In this document: positions 26,159-33,927 of the stretch, piece after piece
How positions within the stretch are numbered: position 1 is the first letter of the stretch
Layout: each line of letters begins with the position of its first letter
From: Elusimicrobiota bacterium
GTDB lineage: Bacteria; Elusimicrobiota; Elusimicrobia; UBA1565; UBA9628
Assembly: GCA_016207605.1 (NCBI GenBank)
Contig: JACQPJ010000023.1
Coordinates: 1 to 63,601, forward strand
DNA: 63,601 nt
Reading direction: 5' to 3'
The notes under the pieces: model-generated
What the model was told of the DNA's origin: nothing
The model's input: only the letters and a program-made list of their open reading frames with translations
Databases searched by the model: none
Translations under genes and position numbers: made by a program

Positions 26159-27739
26159 ATGCGTAAAAGGATGGCGGAGCCGATCGGCGGAGCGCTCTGG
26201 GCGGGCTTCCTCCTGCTCTGGTCGCCGGGCGCTTCCTTCGCGGACGGGCCGGTCGCCCTCGTGTCCGAGGCGCGCACGGACTCTCAACAGACGACGCCTC
26301 AGCCGGCGGAGCAGGTCGAGTTTCCCGCCGCCAATTGTCCCAAAAAGAACACGAAAGAAGAGATGACCTCAGCCGTCGCCGACATCATCAAGGCCCCGAG
26401 GACCCCGGAGCACGGCGCCTTCAGCAAAGAGACGAATTACCTGAGCCCGCAAGGCTTCTTGGCTTTTTGCCTCGCCCAGGTCCAAAAGAATACCGATCCC
26501 GCCTCGGCGAAGAAAAATCTCTTTGCGATCATCAACGAGGCCCGGATCGAAGTGGGCCCGCACAAATATCAATCGAATCCCTATTCCTACATGAGCATGT
26601 CCGCCGCGCTGCGCAAGCAGCCGGGCCTCGACAAGTTCTGGGGAGAGGCCCTGCGCTGGGAAAGCAACAGGGACTATCTCGCATGGCAAAAGACGGGCCG
26701 CGTTCCCCCCAGACCCGGCCGGCCCGAGCCGATCGAGGGCTCGATCGAGGCGGCATGGCGCCGGCAGCACCCGGTCCTGGCGCGGGCCGCCAAGGCGCCG
26801 GAACCCAAAGCCGCCGCCGCGCCGTCGCGCGCGCCCGCGCGGCTCTCGTCCCGGGGCGGCGGTTACGCGCGCTCCCGATACGACGGCAGTGACGGCGGCA
26901 CGGCGGGACAAGGCGGCCAGGGAGGCGCGGCGGCGGAACCCGCTCCGCAGGTCTTCGCCTACGACGGGGGCAAGGGAGTTTTTTGGCGGACTCCGAAGGG
27001 GTGGACTGAAAAAAACCAGGGCGGCACGGCCCATTTTACCGCGAGCGGTGAGAGCTCGAAATACTACGAACTGCGCGATGAGAAAAGAAAACTTTCCGTC
27101 TGGCTTCCCAAGAAAGGAGGCGAATCCCTCTTTCGCCGCGACGGCGAGGCGAGTCCCCGCCCTCTTGGCTATAACGTCAAGCCCCGCGCTCCGCTGACGT
27201 ATTCCTTTGACAACCCCAGTTCTAAGGGGGTTTATAAAGAGAATGGGCCGGGAAGCTGGTCCGAGCAAGGAACCAACAAGACGAAGGGGGCAGGCTATAA
27301 GCTTGCCCTTAAGGAAGTCGGACGCGACAAGAGGGAGCTCCGGCTGGTCGATGCCGATGCCAATCTCTACAAGCTTCCTTTGGGGGGAGGGAAAGCCTAT
27401 TATAGGCCAAGGACAAAATGGGAGCCGCATAGGGTTATCGTCCCGCCGGCCGGCAAGAAGTCGCCCCTAAAACTGCGGCAAGTCGGCAGCGGAGTTTATG
27501 AGCCGAAAGCGCGCGGAGAAGCGAAATGGTGGAGGTGGACTTCAGCGGATGGGAAAGAATACGAAGACTACGCCGAAATTGAACGCAAGAATGGGACGAT
27601 CACGCTGCTGCTCGGGCCGACGGGCGATACATTCCGAGTTCCTTTGAAAGGCGGACAAAGCTATTTGCTTGGCGGGGGATTTTTGCAGGAGGACGGCAAA
27701 GTCTTTCCAAAGCGCGTCAAAGGCAGGTCCGGGCGGTAG
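26159..27739 (+). CDS. secreted hypothetical protein with three C-terminal beta-rich repeats
   Basis: Signal peptide GGALWAGFLLLWSPGASFA; Ala/Gly linker; three units of G(V)(F/Y)…W…(L/V)P..GG(E/K/Q)(S/A). Confidence 0.7.
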   Translation: MRKRMAEPIGGALWAGFLLLWSPGASFADGPVALVSEARTDSQQTTPQPAEQVEFPAANCPKKNTKEEMTSAVADIIKAPRTPEHGAFSKETNYLSPQGFLAFCLAQVQKNTDPASAKKNLFAIINEARIEVGPHKYQSNPYSYMSMSAALRKQPGLDKFWGEALRWESNRDYLAWQKTGRVPPRPGRPEPIEGSIEAAWRRQHPVLARAAKAPEPKAAAAPSRAPARLSSRGGGYARSRYDGSDGGTAGQGGQGGAAAEPAPQVFAYDGGKGVFWRTPKGWTEKNQGGTAHFTASGESSKYYELRDEKRKLSVWLPKKGGESLFRRDGEASPRPLGYNVKPRAPLTYSFDNPSSKGVYKENGPGSWSEQGTNKTKGAGYKLALKEVGRDKRELRLVDADANLYKLPLGGGKAYYRPRTKWEPHRVIVPPAGKKSPLKLRQVGSGVYEPKARGEAKWWRWTSADGKEYEDYAEIERKNGTITLLLGPTGDTFRVPLKGGQSYLLGGGFLQEDGKVFPKRVKGRSGR

Positions 27740-27872
27740 AAAGCGCCGTCTTCAGCGACGGGCGAAGACGCCGGCGCAGCGGCGGTACTTGTCGAGGGGC
27801 TCCCGGCGCGGGATCAGCCGGGACGGCGCGTCGAACTTCCGGCCCAAGAGGCGATAAGATATCATACCGGCA

Positions 27873-28220
27873 ATGGGAATTCGATTGTTGAAAAACTCCG
27901 TGGATTTGATCGAAGTCGCGTCATGGGCGAAGGATGAATTCGGCGACATGATCAAGGCCGCGGTGGACGTTGAGCGCGGGGTGCTGGCGATCGGGGGCGG
28001 CCTGCACTCGGATGAAGAAGCGATGCTCCTGGAGGACGGCTCCCGGCAGGAGCACGTCTGGGGCATCAACTTCTATCCGGAGAAGGCGGCGGAGGAGAGA
28101 GTGGAATTCGACTCCATGATCAACGTCCGGCCCGCGCAGGGCAACCGCTCGCGCGGGGTGGAGAAGCCGGAGATTCGGGCCCGCATTCTCCAGGTCGTGC
28201 GGGAGCGCATCCGGTCTTGA
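27873..28220 (+). CDS. DUF5674 family protein
   Basis: IKAAVDVERG..A.GG.LHSD.E..LLEDGS.QE.VWG.N…FDSMINVRP.QGNRSR. Confidence 0.85.
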   Translation: MGIRLLKNSVDLIEVASWAKDEFGDMIKAAVDVERGVLAIGGGLHSDEEAMLLEDGSRQEHVWGINFYPEKAAEERVEFDSMINVRPAQGNRSRGVEKPEIRARILQVVRERIRS

Positions 28221-28549
28221 GCATGGTCTTCCATCCTGATTTGGCCGCGGGCGGCTGGGCCCGGCTGTCCTTGATGGAGCAGCTGGGAAACGTGGGCAGC
28301 GAGGTGAGCCGGGCGGCGCGGTGGAAGGACAAGGACCCCAAGTTGTACGAGGGCGCGGTGCTTCGCGGTCTGGAGCTGATGGATTTCACTATCCGGGATG
28401 CGCGCTGGAAGGGACGCTTGAAGGAGCTGACGCGCGCGCGGGAGATGATGTGCGACGCCTGGCTCGGAGGGCGCGAGTACGGGACGACGTGGGAGGGCTT
28501 GGACCGCTACTTTTTTCATTTTGCCGTGGCCGCGAGACTGAGCAGATAA
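28217..28549 (+). CDS. helical hypothetical protein coupled to DUF5674
   Basis: W..LSLMEQLGNVGSEVSRA…KELTRARE; start overlaps the DUF5674 stop. Confidence 0.75.
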   Translation: MSMVFHPDLAAGGWARLSLMEQLGNVGSEVSRAARWKDKDPKLYEGAVLRGLELMDFTIRDARWKGRLKELTRAREMMCDAWLGGREYGTTWEGLDRYFFHFAVAARLSR

Positions 28550-28571
28550 GCCGAGCCCGAAGGGTCGAGAC

Positions 28572-29570
28572 CTAGCCGGCGAGCGCGAGGAGCCGGTAGG
28601 CGAGCGCCGCGGTGAGCGCGGCGCAGGGAATGGTCAGCACCCAGGCCCAGACGATGCGTCCCGCCACCCCCCAGCGCACCGCCGAGAGCCGCCGGGTCGA
28701 GCCGACCCCCACGATCGCGCCCGTGATCGTGTGCGTGGTGGAGACGGGGATGCCGGCCAGCGAGCAGATCATGATGGAGAGGCCCGCGCCGGCCTCGGCG
28801 CAGAAGCCTCCCACGGGTTTGAGCTTGGTCACCTTGTTGCCCATGGTGTGGACGATCTTCCAGCCGCCCATCAGCGTGCCCAGGGAGATGGCCAGGTGGC
28901 AGGAGAGCACGACCCAGTAGGGCACGTAGAACTTGTCGCCGAGCAGTCCGTTGGAGAAGAGCAGGACGGCGATGAGGCCCATGGTCTTTTGCGCGTCGTT
29001 GGCGCCGTGCGAGAGGCTGTAGAGGGCGGCCGAGAGCATCTGTCCGACGCGGAACGTCCGATCCACCTGGCTCGGGGAGCGGCGGCGGAACAGCCAGAAC
29101 ACGGCGATCATCAGGGAGAAGCCGAAGAGCAGGCCGATCAGGGGCGAGAGGAAGATGAAGGCGACCGTGATCTTGAGCTTGTGGTACTGGAGGCAGGCCG
29201 TTCCCGCCTTGGCCAGCCCCGCGCCGATCATCCCGCCGATCAGGGCGTGCGAGGAGGAGACCGGGATGCCGAACACGATCGTGATCCAGTCCCAAAGGCC
29301 GGCCCCGACCAGGGCGGCCGCGACCACGGCGGTGTCCACCACGCGCGGATCCACCAGGCCCTTGCCGATGGTGTCGGCGACGTGCACGCCGAAGCCGAAG
29401 GCGGCGACGAAATTGAAGAAGGCGGCCCAGACCACGGCCTGGCGCGGGGAGAGAACGCGCGTCGACACCACGGTCGCGATGGAGTTGGCGGCGTCGTGCA
29501 TGCCGTTGAGGAAGTCGAACACGTAGGCCAGCGCGACGACGGCCAGGACGGAGGCGGGGACGTGGCCCAC
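28572..29570 (-). CDS. pit: inorganic phosphate transporter, PiT family
   Basis: NGMHDAANSIAT, GIPVSSSHA, HGANDAQK, PVSTTH. Confidence 0.93.
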   Translation of the reverse strand: MGHVPASVLAVVALAYVFDFLNGMHDAANSIATVVSTRVLSPRQAVVWAAFFNFVAAFGFGVHVADTIGKGLVDPRVVDTAVVAAALVGAGLWDWITIVFGIPVSSSHALIGGMIGAGLAKAGTACLQYHKLKITVAFIFLSPLIGLLFGFSLMIAVFWLFRRRSPSQVDRTFRVGQMLSAALYSLSHGANDAQKTMGLIAVLLFSNGLLGDKFYVPYWVVLSCHLAISLGTLMGGWKIVHTMGNKVTKLKPVGGFCAEAGAGLSIMICSLAGIPVSTTHTITGAIVGVGSTRRLSAVRWGVAGRIVWAWVLTIPCAALTAALAYRLLALAG

Positions 29571-29574
29571 GGCG

Positions 29575-30201
29575 TCAGGCCTGCTTGACCAGGATCGTCT
29601 CCAGGGTGTGCGCGACGTCCTCGCACTTGTCGATGGCCTGCTCCACGGTTTCGTAGATCTCCTTCCACTTGATGACCTCGAGCGGGTCAGGCCGGCCTTG
29701 GAAGAGCTTGCCGAGCGCGGCGCCGTGGGCGTGGTCGCCGGCGTTCTCCAGCCGGTTGACCTCGATGCAATAGTCCATGACGCGCCGCGACCGCTCCGGA
29801 TGCCTGAGCTCGGCGACGGCCTTGCGCACGTTCTCGGTCGCCTGCCAGAGGATGTCGCAGAGCTGGATCAGCTCGTCGCTGGAGCGCTCGATGCGGAAGA
29901 GGAGCATGCGCTGGCCCACGGACTCGATCAGGTCCACGACGGAGTCGAGCTCGCTGGCCAGCTCCCGGATGTCCTCGCGGTCGAAGGGGGTGATGAAGGT
30001 GCGGTTGAGCCGGTCGTAGATCTCGTGGCAGGTGATGTCGGCCTCTTGCTCGATCTCGCGCAGGCGTTCGAAGGAGGCCGGCTCCAGGCTCCATTGGAGG
30101 GCCATCTCCTTGAAGGTCTTGGCCGCCTTCACGTTGTGGGCGGCCTGGGCGTCGAACAGTTCGAAGAATTTTTCTTCCGTGGGGATGAGTCTTAGAGCCA
30201 T
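29575..30201 (-). CDS. DUF47 (PhoU-like) PiT accessory protein
   Basis: EEKFFELF, TFITPFDREDI, EVIKWKEIYE..E.AID.CEDVA; start ATG 30201. Confidence 0.9.
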   Translation of the reverse strand: MALRLIPTEEKFFELFDAQAAHNVKAAKTFKEMALQWSLEPASFERLREIEQEADITCHEIYDRLNRTFITPFDREDIRELASELDSVVDLIESVGQRMLLFRIERSSDELIQLCDILWQATENVRKAVAELRHPERSRRVMDYCIEVNRLENAGDHAHGAALGKLFQGRPDPLEVIKWKEIYETVEQAIDKCEDVAHTLETILVKQA

Positions 30202-30333
30202 GGTCCCTCCTGCGGGCCGAGTCCGGCCCGCGGCGCACAGAAGATAGCGCTTCGGGGGTCCCCGGACAAGCCCCGCGCGCGCCGCCCAGCGCCGGCGTTG
30301 ACGCGGCGCGCGGCGAAATGGTCCCATGTCGCC

Positions 30334-31017
30334 GTGGCTCGGGAGAAAATCCTGGTCGTCGAGGACGACGCCAACATCGTCAAGCTTCTGCGCTACAACC
30401 TGGAAAAGGAGGGCTGGCGCGTCGTGGCCGCGGCCGACGGAGAGGCGGGGCTGGCCGCCCTGCGCCGGGAGCGCCCCGACCTCGTCGTCCTGGACGCCAT
30501 GCTTCCCAAGCTCGACGGCTTCGAGCTGCTCAAGCTCGCCCGCCGGGAGTTTCGCGCGCCCGTGCTCATGCTGACCGCGCGCAAGGAGGAGGTGGACCGC
30601 GTGCTCGGCCTGGAGCTGGGCGCCGACGACTACGTGACCAAGCCCTTCAGCGTGCGCGAGTTCTGCGCCCGCGTGAAGGCTCTTCTGCGCCGCGCCGCCG
30701 CGCCCGAGGCCGCCTCGGGCGGGGTCCTGCGCGCGGGCGGCGTCGAGCTCGACTACGAGCGCTACGAGGCGCGCGTGCGCGGCAAGGCCGTCGCGCTGAC
30801 GTCCAAGGAGTTCGAGTTCCTCAAGGTCCTCCTGCAGGCCGGGGGGCGGGTCCTCTCCCGGGACCGCCTGCTGGAGAAGGTCTGGGGCTACGACCGCGCC
30901 CTCGACCTGGACACGCGCACCGTGGATCAGCACGTCGCGCGCCTGCGCGACAAGCTCGGCCCGGAGAGCGGCTTGGTGGCGACCGTCAAGAACGTCGGCT
31001 ACCGGCTCAAGGCGTGA
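30334..31017 (+). CDS. phoB: OmpR/PhoB-family response regulator
   Basis: ILVVEDD, LVVLDAMLP, GADDYVTKPF, RTVDQHVARLR; context of pit and phoR. Confidence 0.85.
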   Translation: MAREKILVVEDDANIVKLLRYNLEKEGWRVVAAADGEAGLAALRRERPDLVVLDAMLPKLDGFELLKLARREFRAPVLMLTARKEEVDRVLGLELGADDYVTKPFSVREFCARVKALLRRAAAPEAASGGVLRAGGVELDYERYEARVRGKAVALTSKEFEFLKVLLQAGGRVLSRDRLLEKVWGYDRALDLDTRTVDQHVARLRDKLGPESGLVATVKNVGYRLKA

Positions 31018-32063
31018 GCCGGGACGGCGCCGGGCCCGCTCTCGCGGCGGCCGTTCTCGATCAGATGGCCGAGGCCGTGGTCGCGGTGGACGCGGAGGGC
31101 CGCGTGCTCGTCGCCAACCCCGCGCTGTTCCGCCTGCTCGGCGTCGATCCCGACTCCGCGCGCGGCCGGCGCTACCCCGAGATCCTGCGCCACGCCGGCG
31201 CCGTCGAGCTGCTGGGCGCGGTGCTGGCCGGGGGCCGGCCGCTGGCGCGGGAGGTGAGGCTCTTCGCCCCCGAGGAGCTGATCTTCGACGCGCATGCCGC
31301 TCCCCTCGCCGAGAAGGGGCGGCCGGCGGGCGCGGTCCTGGTCCTGCACGACATCACGCGCATGCGCCGCTTGGAGCAGATGCGCCGCGACTTCGTCGCC
31401 AACGTGAGCCACGAGCTGCGCACGCCGCTGGCCTCCATCAAGGGCTTCACCGAGACCCTGCTGGCGGGCGCGGTGAAGGACCGCGAGAACCGCGTCGGCT
31501 TCCTGCGCACCATCGAGGAGCAGGCCGACCGCCTCACCCAGCTCGTCGACGACCTCCTCGACCTCTCGGCCATCGAGTCCGGGCACCGCCCGCCCCGCCT
31601 GGCGCCGACGGACCTGGAGGCGGCCCTGGAGGAGGCCGCGGCGGCCTTCGCCCGCGCCGCGGCCGAGCGCGGCGTGCGCCTCGAGCGGCGCCCGTCGGAG
31701 GGCCTGCCCCCGGCGCTTGCGGACCGCGACCAGCTGCGGCAAGTGCTGGCCAACCTCCTCGACAACGCCATCAAGTACACCGAGCCCGGCGGGCGCGTCG
31801 AGCTGTCGGCCGAGCGCTGGGAGAGCGGGCTGCGCGTGTCCGTCCAGGACACCGGCGTGGGCATCCCGGAGGCCGGCCTGCCCCGGGTCTTCGAGCGCTT
31901 CTATCGCGCCGACAAGGCGCGCTCGCGGGAGGCCGGCGGTACCGGCCTGGGGCTGGCCATCGTCAAGCACCTGGTCGAGGCGCAGGGCGGAGCCGTCTCG
32001 GTCGAGAGCCGGCGCCCGGGCGGCTCGACGTTCCGCTTCACTTTGCCCGCGGCCGCGGCTTAA
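31014..32063 (+). CDS. phoR: PhoR-like histidine kinase (PAS-HisKA-HATPase, no membrane anchor)
   Basis: RRDFVANVSHELRTPL, NLLDNAIKY, DTGVGI, FERFYRADKARSR..GGTGLGLAIVKH; GTG start overlaps the regulator stop. Confidence 0.85.
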   Translation: MSRDGAGPALAAAVLDQMAEAVVAVDAEGRVLVANPALFRLLGVDPDSARGRRYPEILRHAGAVELLGAVLAGGRPLAREVRLFAPEELIFDAHAAPLAEKGRPAGAVLVLHDITRMRRLEQMRRDFVANVSHELRTPLASIKGFTETLLAGAVKDRENRVGFLRTIEEQADRLTQLVDDLLDLSAIESGHRPPRLAPTDLEAALEEAAAAFARAAAERGVRLERRPSEGLPPALADRDQLRQVLANLLDNAIKYTEPGGRVELSAERWESGLRVSVQDTGVGIPEAGLPRVFERFYRADKARSREAGGTGLGLAIVKHLVEAQGGAVSVESRRPGGSTFRFTLPAAAA

Positions 32064-32983
32064 GCCCCGCCCAGTTCGGGGGCGGCGTCCTGGTCCGGGG
32101 CGGCCGGCTTGACCCGCTCGATCTGGACGCGGCCCTGGGCGTCCACCTTGACGCCGTGATGGCGCTTGAGCTCGCCCAGAACTTCCTCGGGGGTGAAGCC
32201 CTGGGAGCCGGCGCGGTTCTTGATGTCGTTGAGCAGGGTCTTGAGCCGGGAGGGCACGTCCTTGATCCGCTGGAGCCGCGCGGCGTAGGTCCAGGCCACC
32301 TCGGCGAGGGTCTTGCCTCCGGCCTTGCGTGGCTCGTCGGAGGGCGGAGGAGGAGTCTCCGCCGCGGGCGCCGGCTCGGCCCGGGAGGGCCGGGCCCGTC
32401 CTCGTCCGCCGCCTCGCCGCGCGCCGGAGCGTCCGCCGCGCCGCGCGCCTCGGCGGGAGCGGGCCGCGGGAGCCTCGACGGCCTCCTCGAGCGCCTCCCG
32501 CGCCATCTGCTCGGCGTCGGGATGCGAGGTCCAGATCACGGCCACGCGTCCCAGGCGCTGGAGCTCCGCGGCCATGGCCGAGAGGGTGGCGTCGTTGGTG
32601 ACCATCAGGAAGGGGATGTGGTGCGGGAGCGTGGCGTGGAGCATGCCCGCGTGCAGGGACATCACGAAATCCGCGGCGTTGGCCCCGCCGCGCGGCGAGA
32701 CCACGGTCGCGCAGTGCGGCAGGGCGCCGAGCTTGCGCTCCAGCGTGCGCGGCATCTTGGCCCCCGGGCGCAGGAACACGCGCACCAGCGTGTGCCGCGT
32801 GACGGTCGCGGTCGGCGGAACGTGCGGGTCGTTGTCGCCGTCGATCAGCAGGACGGAGTCCACGGGGGCCGGCGGCGGGACGGAGGAGTCGGGGTTGCCG
32901 GCCGTCGCGGCGGCGATGTCCGCGGCGGAGAGCTCGGGGGCGGCGGGCGCCTCGCCCGCGGCTTCGGTTTCGTTGTCGTTCAT
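32060..32983 (-). CDS. NYN/PIN-like domain protein with Arg/Gly-rich linker
   Basis: LLIDGDN, NAADFVMS, VTNDATL acidic motifs; helical C-terminal domain. Confidence 0.6.
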   Translation of the reverse strand: MNDNETEAAGEAPAAPELSAADIAAATAGNPDSSVPPPAPVDSVLLIDGDNDPHVPPTATVTRHTLVRVFLRPGAKMPRTLERKLGALPHCATVVSPRGGANAADFVMSLHAGMLHATLPHHIPFLMVTNDATLSAMAAELQRLGRVAVIWTSHPDAEQMAREALEEAVEAPAARSRRGARRGGRSGARRGGGRGRARPSRAEPAPAAETPPPPSDEPRKAGGKTLAEVAWTYAARLQRIKDVPSRLKTLLNDIKNRAGSQGFTPEEVLGELKRHHGVKVDAQGRVQIERVKPAAPDQDAAPELGGA

Positions 32984-33002
32984 GATTGTCCCAGTATAGC
33001 AG

Positions 33003-33800
33003 TTAGCTCGGGGAGGCGCGGTCCTTGAGCGTCCCCAATAGCGCCGCGATGGGGTCGTAGAGGAAGCCGGGCAGCGCGGGCCACAGGAACCGGGCCGGGT
33101 AGGACAGCGGCCAGGGAAAATGGACGACGCGCCGGCGCGCGTCCAGGCCGCGCAGGACCGCGGCCGCCCCGTCCTCGGTCTCCATCAGGAAGGGCATCGC
33201 GCGGGGATCGCGCCGGTTCGTGATCTCGCTTTTGACGAAGCCCGGGCAGACCGCGCACACCGCCACGCCGGTCCCGCGCAGGTCCACGCGCGCCGACTCC
33301 AGGAGCGTCAGCAGGGCCGCCTTGCTCGCGCAGTAGGGCCCGGTCCGCGGCAGGCCGCGCAAGGCGGCCAGGCTGGAGATGCCCGCGATCAGGCCGGAGC
33401 CCCGCGCGGCCATCCCGGGGATGACGGCCTCCAGCCAGCGCGCCGCTCCCAGGACGTTGACGTCGAAGGTCCGGCGCACGGCCTCGGCGGAGAACGCGCG
33501 CGCGTTCATCGGCGCGCTGATCCCCGCGTTGAGCACCGCCCAGTCCAGCCCGCCCCAGGCGGCGGCGATCGCGGCGTAGTGAGCCCGGACCTCGCCGTCG
33601 TCCGTCACGGAGCCGGGCAGGGCCAGGGCCTCTCCCCCCGCCTCGCGCACCAGCTTGGCGGTTTCTTCCAGGCGCTCGGCCCGCCGTCCGGTCACGGCCA
33701 CGCGCCACCCCCGCCGCCCCATCAGGACGGCCAGGGCGCGCCCCAGCCCGGACGTCGCGCCCGTCACCACGGCGCGGATTGGCCCCGGCGCGTCGCTCAC
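33003..33800 (-). CDS. short-chain dehydrogenase/reductase
   Basis: TGATSGLG, LNAG, SSLA, YCASK, PGFVKS. Confidence 0.92.
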   Translation of the reverse strand: MSDAPGPIRAVVTGATSGLGRALAVLMGRRGWRVAVTGRRAERLEETAKLVREAGGEALALPGSVTDDGEVRAHYAAIAAAWGGLDWAVLNAGISAPMNARAFSAEAVRRTFDVNVLGAARWLEAVIPGMAARGSGLIAGISSLAALRGLPRTGPYCASKAALLTLLESARVDLRGTGVAVCAVCPGFVKSEITNRRDPRAMPFLMETEDGAAAVLRGLDARRRVVHFPWPLSYPARFLWPALPGFLYDPIAALLGTLKDRASPS

Positions 33801-33844
33801 GCCGCGATTCTAATGAACTCGGCCCCGCCTCGTCCACGTCGTCC

Positions 33845-33884
33845 CGGGCCTTTCGTCCTAGGACGTCCTAGGCCTAAAGACCCA
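33845..33884. promoter_or_regulatory. paired 16-bp motif (CGGGCCTTTCGTCCTA / TAGGCCTAAAGACCCA), 24-bp period
   Basis: 22 nt upstream of TATAAT (33907-33912). Confidence 0.7.
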
Positions 33885-33927
33885 GGCGGCGCCCCCGCCC
33901 CCGGCGTATAATCGCTACAATAGGAAC

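Noticed and set aside
25295-27739. 814-aa ORF appearing to fuse the hydratase region to the secreted protein
   Set aside because: The 5' part is an off-frame read of the hydratase gene; promoter, motif pair and signal peptide place the start at about 26159
27752-27857. Short minus-strand frame (…YRLLGRKFDAPSRLIPRREPLDKYRRCAGVFARR*) as a gene remnant
   Set aside because: Coding-like but too short to identify; the longer ORF call overlaps DUF5674 on the other strand
16988-33884. Paired 16-bp repeats as a CRISPR array or REP elements
   Set aside because: Only 2-3 degenerate copies per site with ~8-nt gaps, no cas genes, and fixed position relative to -10 boxes; fits operator sites better
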